This document shows, one piece after another, positions 46,141-55,566 of a DNA stretch of 64,000 nt; within the stretch, counting starts at the first letter, position 1; every line of letters starts with the position of its first letter. The notes under the pieces were generated by a model. That model ran no database searches, had not been told where the DNA came from, and saw only the letters and a list, made by a program, of their open reading frames with translations. The stretch spans positions 32,001 through 96,000 of IMG/VR virus record IMGVR_UViG_3300003890_000014; one strand, given 5' to 3'. Source of the DNA: a virus. Both the position numbers and the translations under genes were made by a program.

Positions 46141-46905
46141 TTAGCTATTTGGATCGTAATAAGTGTTAGGAGGTAATGGGTTACCTTCTTTATCTTTACG
46201 CTCCAATAAATAGTCCCTTTTAAGTACCCAAGTTTCTGGAAGTTTTACATACGTTTTATCGTCTACCGTAACTTTTTGAGATAAGATCTCGTCAGGTCTA
46301 AGATTATACTGACTATATCGATCCCTATGAACAGCTTTAATAGCTCTAAAAATAGGGTGATGTTTATAGTAAATACTATAAACCGATTTATCAGCTGGTT
46401 TATGCGTACCAATCCATTTAATATCTCCGTTTATGTCAATCTCAAAATCAGCTCCAATATAGAACTGTTCTCGCACATTATTAATTACTGTAAATATCCC
46501 GATAACATCACAAGCTGGATACTTTAAACGATCTGTAGAAGTTGCCTCTTGTCTTTGAATTAACTCAAAGAAGTCTTCAGCAAAGTCTAATAGTTCGACT
46601 CTAGTATAAGTGTGTAGTGTTTCTCCAGAAAGAAAAGATACAAGAATTTCGTCGATATGAAAGGTTCCCTGAATCTTAAAGATCTCGGTCAAACTTTGTT
46701 GTTGGAATAATGCTATTGTCTCTCTAGGACAAAAATCGATCATAAAATTATTACATACAGTACAATTTACATCATGATCGAAAGTTTCCAGACTTGTCAT
46801 ATTAGGACACAAGGTAGATCTATACACCTTGACTCTGACACCTAAGTCTCGAATCACTTGATCTAACTTATCTGGATTTATTCCGTTCGTTAGTTTGACG
46901 CTCAT
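46141..46905 (-). CDS. Head-closure/neck protein
   Basis: GVRV...LCP...CTVC motif of SPO1-like neck proteins; YSIYY..HP; LP. Confidence 0.68.
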   Translation of the reverse strand: MSVKLTNGINPDKLDQVIRDLGVRVKVYRSTLCPNMTSLETFDHDVNCTVCNNFMIDFCPRETIALFQQQSLTEIFKIQGTFHIDEILVSFLSGETLHTYTRVELLDFAEDFFELIQRQEATSTDRLKYPACDVIGIFTVINNVREQFYIGADFEIDINGDIKWIGTHKPADKSVYSIYYKHHPIFRAIKAVHRDRYSQYNLRPDEILSQKVTVDDKTYVKLPETWVLKRDYLLERKDKEGNPLPPNTYYDPNS

Positions 46906-46915
46906 TCACAATTCC

Positions 46916-47179
46916 TTACTTCTTTTGTGAAAGTTTTTCTAATTGTTCAGAAGTTAATTGTTGATTTTTTGAGTTCTCTTGCATTATCTTTTCATAGTCA
47001 GTAGAAACTTTAACATTAGTTATGACATTACCTGTTTGACTTTGCTTCAATGAAGAACCTAAAGTAAACGGCTTAAATAGACCTGCAGCAAGTTTTACTT
47101 TCGGTTCAGGTGCTGGAGCGGGGGCAGTTTCTACTTTTTGTTCTGTAGCTGGAGTTTGTTCTGTCTTTTGTTCATTCAT
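46916..47179 (-). CDS. Hypothetical low-complexity protein
   Basis: AAGGA RBS before MNEQK; PAPAP linker. Confidence 0.55.
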   Translation of the reverse strand: MNEQKTEQTPATEQKVETAPAPAPEPKVKLAAGLFKPFTLGSSLKQSQTGNVITNVKVSTDYEKIMQENSKNQQLTSEQLEKLSQKK

Positions 47180-47180
47180 G

Positions 47181-47540
47181 TTACTTCTTTCCTTTATAGG
47201 TTTTAATGAATTCATTTATTTGACTCTTCTTCACTATATCTTCTAAAATTTGTTTAACTTGTTCAGATTTCGCTATTCTTTTATGACCTGCGGCGGTACC
47301 GTGGCTAATATAGCGTTTATGGTCTGATGGTTCCTGAATATATTGACCGCCGTGAATGCCCACACCTATGGTAGCCGGTTTATCGCTCTTATTTCCTTTT
47401 GGAGCCTTCTTTTTACTAGGCTTCTTTTTCTTAGGAGCAGAAACACCCTCAATATTAGGTTTACCCTCAGTCTTCTTACGCTTTTTAGCCTTTAATTTTG
47501 ATACAACAGCTTTTATCTGTTCTTTTGATAGTTTGGTCAT
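47181..47540 (-). CDS. Lys-rich putative internal head/DNA-binding protein
   Basis: Highly basic; GIHGGQY motif; IAKS, VKKS. Confidence 0.55.
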   Translation of the reverse strand: MTKLSKEQIKAVVSKLKAKKRKKTEGKPNIEGVSAPKKKKPSKKKAPKGNKSDKPATIGVGIHGGQYIQEPSDHKRYISHGTAAGHKRIAKSEQVKQILEDIVKKSQINEFIKTYKGKK

Positions 47541-47541
47541 A

Positions 47542-48369
47542 TTAGGATCTTACCTCTTTTTTCTTCTTAAGTCTAGACTCTTTTACTGCTAAGGATAGCT
47601 TTTCTAGAGCAGTATGAGCGTCGTCACGTACTTTCTTTACCTGATTAAAAGTCTTTTGGTCAATCTTTCTTTGCTGCTGCTTTCCACTAGAATCCAAATG
47701 AGGAGTACTGTAAACTTGAGAAAGATTCTTAAGTTTTACTCTAGTTTCAATGTAGTCTTTTATCATCTTCTTCAGCTTTTCATGATCGTCTGGGTGGGTA
47801 TTCAATACCACTTTATTTACAGCCTTATGATAAATTTTCATGTTTTCAGTGCTATTTGGATGAAAAGGTGATACTCCCCCTATTTCTTCTTCTCCAGGAC
47901 CGTGGTGAGCTGTTCCAGAGGTTACATGAACCCATATTGAGGGGTTTGCAGAAATTTTTTTGTACTCTTGACCATCGGCCCCTTGTCTAATAGTTCCTAC
48001 AGGAACACCTTTATTTTGCTCGTTCCCATCTGTCTTGGGGAGCTTTGCCATTCCCTGATTTACGGTTTTTGGGGTTACCCCTACTCTTTGAGAAGATTCA
48101 CTTAGTTGAGAGCCAACTTTTAAGGCTTTCATAAAACTTACAGCGCCTTCATTATTGATAATGCCTTTTTTTATTAAATCGGCAATTTTAGCTGTGGGGA
48201 GAGCAAACTTTATATTTTTATCATCTTGAAGAATAGTATACTGCTCATTCGAAGCACAGATCTTATATACATTATTGTACACTCGAAGTTTATCTCCAAA
48301 CTTCATTTCTGATTTTCCTAAAGACTTCTTTAGGAGATAGTCTTGAATGAATTTTACTTTCTTGCTCAC
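47542..48369 (-). CDS. Putative internal head protein
   Basis: LKKS/LGKS/FMKA motifs; PVGTIR...EYKK...W motif. Confidence 0.55.
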   Translation of the reverse strand: MSKKVKFIQDYLLKKSLGKSEMKFGDKLRVYNNVYKICASNEQYTILQDDKNIKFALPTAKIADLIKKGIINNEGAVSFMKALKVGSQLSESSQRVGVTPKTVNQGMAKLPKTDGNEQNKGVPVGTIRQGADGQEYKKISANPSIWVHVTSGTAHHGPGEEEIGGVSPFHPNSTENMKIYHKAVNKVVLNTHPDDHEKLKKMIKDYIETRVKLKNLSQVYSTPHLDSSGKQQQRKIDQKTFNQVKKVRDDAHTALEKLSLAVKESRLKKKKEVRS

Positions 48370-48372
48370 AAG

Positions 48373-49548
48373 TTATTCCTCTTGTTCTAGAGCATAAACA
48401 ATTTGATTAAATTCTTCTTTATACTGATCCCAATTTCTAAGAATCTCTCTTGCAGCTTGTTCTAAATTGCTTATATCGACTCTTTCTTCATTTCGCCTTT
48501 TCCAACTAGATAAAGCTTTTTTTACTAAATTTGGATCAACTTTTGGGGCTCCTCTATAATTATCTACAAATGCTTTTACTGATTTACGTAACTCTAATTC
48601 AAAATCTCCAAACTTAACTTTAAGAGATTTCATATCTTTTACAGGTTGTTTTTCAAGTTGATCAATACGATTATGAACCATATCAATACGTTGATGCGCT
48701 GCGTCGATTACTTGCTCTACTGTTGGGGAGGTATTTAAAGAAACAGGTACTGGAGTAGAAGGGCTATAAAGTTCTCTTAATTCCATAGTTTTTGCTATGA
48801 TAGCTAAAGTCTGAGTATCAAACTTTTCAATAATTTGACCATCACGATCTTGAAAAAATCCATTATATAATCCTGGCTCTTTTTTAGAAAGAGTAAGAAT
48901 ACCTTTAGCAAATGGGATCTTAGATATATCTTGAGAAGCCATGTCTTGAAGATACTTAATAAGCTGTGGACTAGCAGTTTGTTCAGCTAGAAGTTGATCT
49001 TTAGAATCAATTGAAGATTTTGTATCTTGAAAATCAATAGATTTATTAACTTTCTCTTTTTTCTTATTGCGAACAAATGCATGGAGTTTCTTTCGATTGT
49101 GAGTCATTATCATGCCTGCAATCTGTTTAGATTGAGGATCTTGAGTTTCTACTTCTGAGGACTCACTTCCCCCTTCAGCACCATCTGCTTTTTCAATTGT
49201 TTTTAATTTAGTGTAATATTTAGGGTCTTCTGATAAATGGTCTATCGCGATCTCTTGCGCAATAGTTTTATCATTAGTGTGTTCCATTTCAACTTTTATG
49301 CCCATTGCGAGTTGTTTTTGATCAAAATCTTTTGGTTTCTTTTTATCACCTAATCCACCAGGAAGTTTATCTTTATGTTCTGTTTTCTTCATAGAAGAGG
49401 TACAAATAGCATGAGCCGATCCTACATCGTGACCTTGTCGTTTAACATCTTGAACACATCGTTCGTGTTTTTTGGGGTCAACGCCTTTAGGAGCTTTTTT
49501 TGCAAGTTCCTCTTTTTTTCGGTTTACAAAGTCTTTCGGAGATGTCAT
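48373..49548 (-). CDS. Putative internal head protein with DUF5661-like domain
   Basis: QLAMGIKVEMEHT...EIAIDHLSEDPKYYTKL; ERCV...AHAIC; several KS/KA motifs. Confidence 0.65.
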   Translation of the reverse strand: MTSPKDFVNRKKEELAKKAPKGVDPKKHERCVQDVKRQGHDVGSAHAICTSSMKKTEHKDKLPGGLGDKKKPKDFDQKQLAMGIKVEMEHTNDKTIAQEIAIDHLSEDPKYYTKLKTIEKADGAEGGSESSEVETQDPQSKQIAGMIMTHNRKKLHAFVRNKKKEKVNKSIDFQDTKSSIDSKDQLLAEQTASPQLIKYLQDMASQDISKIPFAKGILTLSKKEPGLYNGFFQDRDGQIIEKFDTQTLAIIAKTMELRELYSPSTPVPVSLNTSPTVEQVIDAAHQRIDMVHNRIDQLEKQPVKDMKSLKVKFGDFELELRKSVKAFVDNYRGAPKVDPNLVKKALSSWKRRNEERVDISNLEQAAREILRNWDQYKEEFNQIVYALEQEE

Positions 49549-49556
49549 ATAATACC

Positions 49557-50342
49557 TTATGCGATTATGGTAGGAATTGCATTGTAATACTTCTTTGCAA
49601 TCTCCATCTGTTCCTTTACGGTTTTTCGATACGATTCTATTCGAGCCGAATAAACACTATAGATAGAAGATGCTGATAAACTCTTATTTACCGAAGCTCC
49701 ATCTAAGCCTACTGACTCACCTGTTAATCCTGGGCCGTGTACTACATCGGCCAAAATTTCAAAAACTTTCAAAGCAGCTTGAAGTCCAATAATTTCATTA
49801 ATCATAATAGGAATCTGATCAGCGCAAAAACCTGCTATATATTCAATTTCGAACAAATGCGGCCAATAGGATTGGGTTCCATAAATCAAAGGAACATATG
49901 ATCCACCTTGAGTTACAATCAAGCCGCTAAAGGTTCCTTCTACTGGAGATAATTGAATTTGGGCTGCTTCCTTCTCTAGAACATACCATTCTTTAGGATA
50001 AGAAACAAGATCTTTATTATTAGGAAACTTAGCTTTTAAAAGAGTAATTTCTTGTACAGGACGTTTCTTTAATTGGATAAAATTAAAATGGGTATAATCT
50101 AAAGCACGATAATCATAACGTTCTTTAATAGTAGCTGGAGCTATTACAATATCCAATACGTGTTCTGCAGAAGATAAAGCAGCGTTGATCTGATGTTGAA
50201 TAGTCGTATCGGGTAATGTGTTACCTTTTGTATCTGTCAAAGGTATACCAAAAAGATATCGCTCTTTTAATTGCTGAACTGTAATCAATGGTTCTAGTCT
50301 TGTAAACCCAGAATCAGAAATTGTATTAGGTGGAAAACTCAT
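49557..50342 (-). CDS. Head-tail adaptor (neck) protein
   Basis: LKERYLFGI...AEH.LDI.I...L..RPV...IEY.AGF...S.GLDG.S...YSARI. Confidence 0.75.
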   Translation of the reverse strand: MSFPPNTISDSGFTRLEPLITVQQLKERYLFGIPLTDTKGNTLPDTTIQHQINAALSSAEHVLDIVIAPATIKERYDYRALDYTHFNFIQLKKRPVQEITLLKAKFPNNKDLVSYPKEWYVLEKEAAQIQLSPVEGTFSGLIVTQGGSYVPLIYGTQSYWPHLFEIEYIAGFCADQIPIMINEIIGLQAALKVFEILADVVHGPGLTGESVGLDGASVNKSLSASSIYSVYSARIESYRKTVKEQMEIAKKYYNAIPTIIA

Positions 50343-50352
50343 TTATACCCCT

Positions 50353-50682
50353 TTAAACGTAAAACCAAGGATCATCTCTTGTTTTTACCATTAATCGATT
50401 TCCTGGATATTCCTGTATAACTTGCAGAAATACCATCCAAGGATTTGTTTCTAAGGCTGAAGATACTAGATATTCTTTAACTTCGCCTTTAACTTTATCA
50501 GAAGACTTTTCAACTTTATTAACAATTGACTGCATAAGATGAACATCATTAGGATTCTTATTCATCCTAGCAAGATCTGCTTGCCATTCTTTGAAGGTAT
50601 CATAATGTGTTTTTTTGTTCCTAAGCATAATTGTCTCAAATATTATTAAAATTGATAAAAAAAAGTTTAATAGTCTTTTCAT
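50353..50682 (-). CDS. Hypothetical protein with hydrophobic N-terminus
   Basis: Overlaps the endolysin stop; LLNFFLSILIIF. Confidence 0.5.
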   Translation of the reverse strand: MKRLLNFFLSILIIFETIMLRNKKTHYDTFKEWQADLARMNKNPNDVHLMQSIVNKVEKSSDKVKGEVKEYLVSSALETNPWMVFLQVIQEYPGNRLMVKTRDDPWFYV

Positions 50683-51158
50683 GGTTTAAAAAATCTATTC
50701 CCTGAAGCTCCTACTGACTTAATATCAATATGTACCCAGTTAGCTCCAACTCCGTTATCTTCCATCCGAAGTTGCCATTCTTCTAATTTATTGTTGTCTA
50801 GAAGCAGTTTTACTACCTCATCACATGTTAACCCATTTGCATGAAAATCACATGCCTGTCCGTATAAGTGCGGAGAACCCATCGGAACTTTCACTTCTGG
50901 AAGACCTTGAGCTTTTTTCTTGGCATTAATTTGCTCATATAATTTTTTATGATATTCCATTGTTCTAAATGTAATATGTACAATAATGGGTTTATCTAAA
51001 AACTCTCTAATTAAATCCATTTTTGAAAATAAAATTTTAAGATTCTCTAAGGACGTATCGTCTACTTCACTTCCTATTTCCGCCATTCTATTTTCTTGAG
51101 GTAACCAAAGAGCTTCTTTATAGGTAAAGTATTTAGAAATTTTATCAGAAGGTTCCAT
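50679..51158 (-). CDS. Endolysin, peptidase M15 (Zn peptidase)
   Basis: ISKYFT..E; FR; SPH..G.ACD; WVHID; AAGGA RBS before ATG 51158. Confidence 0.85.
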   Translation of the reverse strand: MEPSDKISKYFTYKEALWLPQENRMAEIGSEVDDTSLENLKILFSKMDLIREFLDKPIIVHITFRTMEYHKKLYEQINAKKKAQGLPEVKVPMGSPHLYGQACDFHANGLTCDEVVKLLLDNNKLEEWQLRMEDNGVGANWVHIDIKSVGASGNRFFKP

Positions 51159-51180
51159 AGGTTTCCTTTCTTCTTCCTGT

Positions 51181-51561
51181 TTAACAGGTTTGGGTTGGGG
51201 AAACCATTTGGAAAGCACTTTGTAGAAGAGCGAAAATAATATCTCCACCTTCATTCACCTTTACCTTTAAATTCTGACTAATAAGATTTAGAGTTTCTGT
51301 GTCTGTAAGAACAAATTGAATAACTGATCGATCATCTGCAAAAGGTTGGGTAGCGGTTTTAGTAAGAACTGTATTATCAGATTTTAATAGATCTATCGTA
51401 ATTACAGCTCCTGCGTTTGGAATGTATCTAAGTTTTCTGTCCGTTTGATTGAGTTGTAACAAGATAGTAGCATCTGATCCTTTCACAATCTGAACTGATC
51501 CAATATCAAAAAAATTATTTAAAGTTGCGTCTGAATTTATTACTTTGAGTGTGAGTATCAT
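51181..51561 (-). CDS. Putative virion structural protein (Ig/BppU-N-like beta sandwich)
   Basis: IVKGSD.TI.LQL...FVLT..ET pattern. Confidence 0.5.
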   Translation of the reverse strand: MILTLKVINSDATLNNFFDIGSVQIVKGSDATILLQLNQTDRKLRYIPNAGAVITIDLLKSDNTVLTKTATQPFADDRSVIQFVLTDTETLNLISQNLKVKVNEGGDIIFALLQSAFQMVSPTQTC

Positions 51562-51570
51562 ATTACCTTC

Positions 51571-51936
51571 TTAAAACCATTTTAGAAGTTTACCAACTGT
51601 TAAGATTGCTGTTGCTAATCCACCCAATGCCATTGCGATTTTTACAGTAGTTTTTATCCATTTTGCTGGTTCTTCCAGCATTTCAAATCTTTCTCTATTT
51701 GCTTGCTCATGTTGATCGCACCACTTTTTTAAAGTATTTACGCCTTCAATGTGTTGATCTAAAAGCCTATTTTGGTGTTCATCTAGTTCGTTAATTCTTT
51801 TAAGTTCATACTCGGTACGCTGAATATGAAGATCAACTTTCTTATCTAAAGAGACGATATTTTCTTGCATAACATCTGAACTATCCGATATACGTCGTAG
51901 TAATTTTATTATTTCATCATCTTCATTACGGGACAT
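51571..51936 (-). CDS. Coiled-coil protein with C-terminal TM helix (holin/XhlA-like candidate)
   Basis: IAMALGGLATAILTV at the C-terminus; near the endolysin. Confidence 0.5.
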   Translation of the reverse strand: MSRNEDDEIIKLLRRISDSSDVMQENIVSLDKKVDLHIQRTEYELKRINELDEHQNRLLDQHIEGVNTLKKWCDQHEQANRERFEMLEEPAKWIKTTVKIAMALGGLATAILTVGKLLKWF

Positions 51937-51999
51937 ACTCTACCTTTTAAAAATAAATTTACATGGGTTTTACAAGGGCAAGGATAACTCTTCGTTTTT

Positions 52000-52008
52000 A
52001 TTATATCA
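52000..52008 (-). promoter_or_regulatory. Candidate late promoter (extended -10)
   Basis: TGATATAAT ahead of the lysis genes. Confidence 0.5.
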
Positions 52009-52512
52009 CTAGTCTAATGATTTTTCTGGTATAGATGCTTGCTCCAAAAGCTTGTAAAGTTTATAAGGACTCATCATCTCGAAATCTTGAACATTTAATA
52101 GTTGAGGGAAAAGCTCAGGTGTTAAAGCTTTGGCTAGTCCTGTACAAAGAAAGGACCTCTCCTCTCCCCAAGCATTTACTTTTGGGAATTCTTTACCAAA
52201 AAATCTAAAAAGTAACCCTCTCCAGCAAAAATACAAAAAAGCTTTAAAATCATAGTTATGATCATCATATTGATTTACTATACTATCCCATATAACACCT
52301 TCTTGATTTGGTTGTAGTGGCACTTCCACTGAATACACTATTTCACAGTGCTTTTTAAAAGTAGCAAACCACTTCAAATTAGTTCCTAAAAGATTGCTAT
52401 GAAATACGTATTTATCTTCTAGGACTATAGCGAAGTGACTAACAGGCTCTTTTAATCCCCATCTAATAAGTATTGATAAAGGTGCTGTTGATTTTGTAAA
52501 AATTAATTTCAT
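52009..52512 (-). CDS. Permuted papain-like NlpC/P60 (YiiX/YaeF-like) enzyme
   Basis: LS.LIRW...SHFAI...YDF...FLCTGL...SP; His precedes Cys. Confidence 0.72.
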   Translation of the reverse strand: MKLIFTKSTAPLSILIRWGLKEPVSHFAIVLEDKYVFHSNLLGTNLKWFATFKKHCEIVYSVEVPLQPNQEGVIWDSIVNQYDDHNYDFKAFLYFCWRGLLFRFFGKEFPKVNAWGEERSFLCTGLAKALTPELFPQLLNVQDFEMMSPYKLYKLLEQASIPEKSLD

Positions 52513-53237
52513 TACAATTTTTTAGTTAAATAATAATTAACGCCTACTCTACGAGTTAATCCAGAGTCAACTGCATTATAAGTTATTCTTAAATATAAAC
52601 CTGCGGTAACTTTTGCATTAAGAGGATAAGTATCAATACTATGAATTGTTAAAGCTCCAGGAGTTAGTGTGCCAGGATTTTCAACCATTACAAAAGCTTT
52701 AAGAACATAAGTGGCTACTACTGGCCAAGCTTCACAGAGAAAGGAACGATAAGCTTCAGGAATAACTTCATCTTTATCATAAACACAAGCGGTAAGATAA
52801 TCTCCCATTTCACCATTCTCAATAATAATATCTCCACCCGAAACATATCTTTCTTCCGTTATTTGATAATCTATATTTTGTGAAGTATTCTTTTCTATAG
52901 AAATTAAAGAAGAGATTGCATCTCTTTTAGTTCTATATAGGGGTTGAGCAAAAGGAGCAGGATCTGGTTGGGCAGTAACAGTAACAGGAGTAGGGGCAGG
53001 TGCTGCGGGTTGGATTATTTGTTGATGCGAAGCAACCCAGGCATCATAAGAGGATTGATTATTAAAAATTAATAAATCCAAATCTTCTTGAGAAATTAGT
53101 TCTAAATTATTGGGATTCCCAACTTCTTCATTATAAGGATATTTTTCAATAGGCCAATCTTCAGGTATTCCTGTGATTCCCCTATTTGAAAGTTCCTCTT
53201 CACTTAATGTTGATGCTCTTTTAATTAACCAATCCAT
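52512..53237 (-). CDS. Putative virion accessory protein
   Basis: Pro linker plus beta-sandwich C-terminus GLYLRITY; GAGG RBS before ATG 53237. Confidence 0.55.
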   Translation of the reverse strand: MDWLIKRASTLSEEELSNRGITGIPEDWPIEKYPYNEEVGNPNNLELISQEDLDLLIFNNQSSYDAWVASHQQIIQPAAPAPTPVTVTAQPDPAPFAQPLYRTKRDAISSLISIEKNTSQNIDYQITEERYVSGGDIIIENGEMGDYLTACVYDKDEVIPEAYRSFLCEAWPVVATYVLKAFVMVENPGTLTPGALTIHSIDTYPLNAKVTAGLYLRITYNAVDSGLTRRVGVNYYLTKKL

Positions 53238-53239
53238 AA

Positions 53240-55072
53240 TTAACCTCTTGTTCTTCTCCAAGTAATATAATCAATATCTGTAGTTCTATTGGAAGTACCT
53301 AAAGTTTTTTCTAACTTAAATACAAATTTTAAAGCAGAAGTTGGAAGTGGTACTGAAATCTTCCCAATAAAAACACTATCAATATAGATAAAAGCAGCAG
53401 AGCCATCAGCAGCAGTTACGCACTTTAATCTATACCATCTATTTGCAACAATGTCAATTCCAGTGTCTAATCTTGTTTGACTAGAAGAATTTATAACATC
53501 AGCAAACCAACGGTTAGAATATGCAACAGCAGCAACATTTGCTGTTGTGAGTACATTAGTTAAATTTGCATTTGCATCTGCATAAGTAAAAGGAATTCCT
53601 GCTACGTCTGCAGTTAAAATTAAAGTTGTAGTACCAGATGCTGTAACTGGTAATGGACCATCTGCATTAATTGATGATATTAAACTACTAACAATAGTCG
53701 AGGCTACTGGGGTTGCAGTATTATCTACTGAAGTGATATTTGCAGAAGTTGACCAAGTGAAATTTGCTCCTACGACATCTCCTGTAATAATTACTGGCTT
53801 TGTTCCACCAGTCGTTACGGCGGTAACAGTTGCGCCAACATTTGTGTTAATTGCGTTTGCTAAACCAACTGCTATTTCTGCATCTGTTGCATTCGCATCT
53901 GAAGTATAGTCACAGTTAATACCATTAATTGTAACTCGATATAAAGTATTGTTTGCTCTTGTCCAAGTGGTTAATTGGATAGTCTTAGTAGTTGTATAAG
54001 TATAGGTATAATTAAATCCATTAATAACTTCTGTAAAGGTTTGTGTTGGGGCTTTTGAGGTTGTTACAGGAGTTACAGTTACAACTTGAGCAACAGCGGT
54101 TACAGCATAGGTAGGTTCAGAAGTAAAAATAACACCATTTGCTGGTGCTCCTGCTAGAATTCCATCCATTAATCCATATCTACAAGTAAATTTTTGAGCA
54201 GAATCTTGAAGAATTGGAATTCTAACTCTAATTTCAAAAGATTCAGGTTGAGCACCAAGTTTTAAACGATTTACTCCATTAAAAGAGTAAACTAGAGGAC
54301 GAGATGTTGCTGATATTAAACTTGAAAGAGTGTGAATACCTTCGTAGTCATTACCTACAACAGTTGTAGCGCCGTCAATATCTGATAGCCCATTATTGTC
54401 TACTTTAGTAAAAGCGTATTGGTTGTCATTTCCTCCATTACCAGCATAAGCGTCAAACATGAAATCTTCGAAACCATCTTTTACACCAGCAAAATCAGGA
54501 TTAGTTATATCAATCAAATCAGAAACAAGTATCAACCAAGTCCCATCTGCAGTTTCATTTGTTTTAAGAGTAACTTGAACATACGAATTTACTGCTATTT
54601 GATAAAGTTGAGTACCACCAAAAAATAGAAGTTTGATTGGGATTGATGATTGATTATAAAATTCGAATTTAGTAGAACCTAAAGCAGGAGCTTTTAATGT
54701 AGTAGCATCAGGTAATCTAATACTAAACATTGTTGAGTTGCCTGTAAAAACATTACAAAAGGCAGACTCATTATTTAAAGTTAATTCACCACCATCGGTG
54801 AGAGAAACTGCTACTTGTCTAGGAGAATAATGAGTGTGAGTGAGGTTATTAATTCTGTGAACATGATCTGCACGAGCTTTTTTTCTAGAAGTTCCTAAAG
54901 CATTATCTAGGCCGATTACAACAGGTATATCTGTGAGATTAGCTTCTTCAATAGCATCTTGAACATTTAAAGATGAAATTTGGGAAGGTCCGGCTTCCCC
55001 ATTGACTTGGGGATTCCTATCTGCTTCAAAAGGTACGGATTGTGCTACTGGTGTAGTAAACGGTGCTGGCAT
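53240..55072 (-). CDS. Putative virion fibre/lectin-like protein
   Basis: NVQDAIEE, ARADHVH, IRLPDAT fibre motifs; EDF...WYRL...YID...DIDY ConA-like domain with an insertion. Confidence 0.62.
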   Translation of the reverse strand: MPAPFTTPVAQSVPFEADRNPQVNGEAGPSQISSLNVQDAIEEANLTDIPVVIGLDNALGTSRKKARADHVHRINNLTHTHYSPRQVAVSLTDGGELTLNNESAFCNVFTGNSTMFSIRLPDATTLKAPALGSTKFEFYNQSSIPIKLLFFGGTQLYQIAVNSYVQVTLKTNETADGTWLILVSDLIDITNPDFAGVKDGFEDFMFDAYAGNGGNDNQYAFTKVDNNGLSDIDGATTVVGNDYEGIHTLSSLISATSRPLVYSFNGVNRLKLGAQPESFEIRVRIPILQDSAQKFTCRYGLMDGILAGAPANGVIFTSEPTYAVTAVAQVVTVTPVTTSKAPTQTFTEVINGFNYTYTYTTTKTIQLTTWTRANNTLYRVTINGINCDYTSDANATDAEIAVGLANAINTNVGATVTAVTTGGTKPVIITGDVVGANFTWSTSANITSVDNTATPVASTIVSSLISSINADGPLPVTASGTTTLILTADVAGIPFTYADANANLTNVLTTANVAAVAYSNRWFADVINSSSQTRLDTGIDIVANRWYRLKCVTAADGSAAFIYIDSVFIGKISVPLPTSALKFVFKLEKTLGTSNRTTDIDYITWRRTRG

Positions 55073-55464
55073 TAACTAATTTCTCCTATAGCTACATTTC
55101 CAGTTCCACTTGTTACTTTAAACCAAATTTGAGTATTTGGACCTACAGGAATCATTAAAACTTGACTTTTGAATAAATCAAAACTTTGGGTGGTATTCGA
55201 AAAACCCCATTTAATATTAGTATCCAATCCTTCCATAATAAAATATTTTCTGTTGGGTTTAGGAGTTACTCCATCAATATTGGTTACTCCTAATTTTGGA
55301 GTAGTAGCCAATGCTAATATCTTATCAACTCCACCGTTATCAAGAACATCGGCGGTTCCAAGTTCATTTTGACTGGATACTTTAGCGCCATAAGCTTTAT
55401 CTGGGCCTGTTAAGACCGTAGGATCTGCGTTTGATAAATTATCTAAATCAGAGATTGGACACAT
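55072..55464 (-). CDS. Putative small virion (decoration-like) protein
   Basis: NRKY...IKWGFS...IPVG...IW beta-sandwich pattern. Confidence 0.5.
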   Translation of the reverse strand: MCPISDLDNLSNADPTVLTGPDKAYGAKVSSQNELGTADVLDNGGVDKILALATTPKLGVTNIDGVTPKPNRKYFIMEGLDTNIKWGFSNTTQSFDLFKSQVLMIPVGPNTQIWFKVTSGTGNVAIGEIS

Positions 55465-55505
55465 ATTTACCTCATATTTTATATGTTAAATTGTCGAAAA
55501 GCAAA

Positions 55506-55541
55506 TAAAAAAGGGGAGGGGATTATAGTCCCACTCCCCTT
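55506..55541 (-). terminator. Intrinsic terminator
   Basis: GGGGAGTGGGA...TCCCCTCCCC followed by TTTTTT. Confidence 0.8.
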
Positions 55542-55566
55542 AATAACTTACTATATAACTATTATA

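Noticed and set aside
50353-50682. Spanin pair after the endolysin
   Set aside because: An N-terminal hydrophobic stretch is present, but no embedded or adjacent lipobox ORF was identified.
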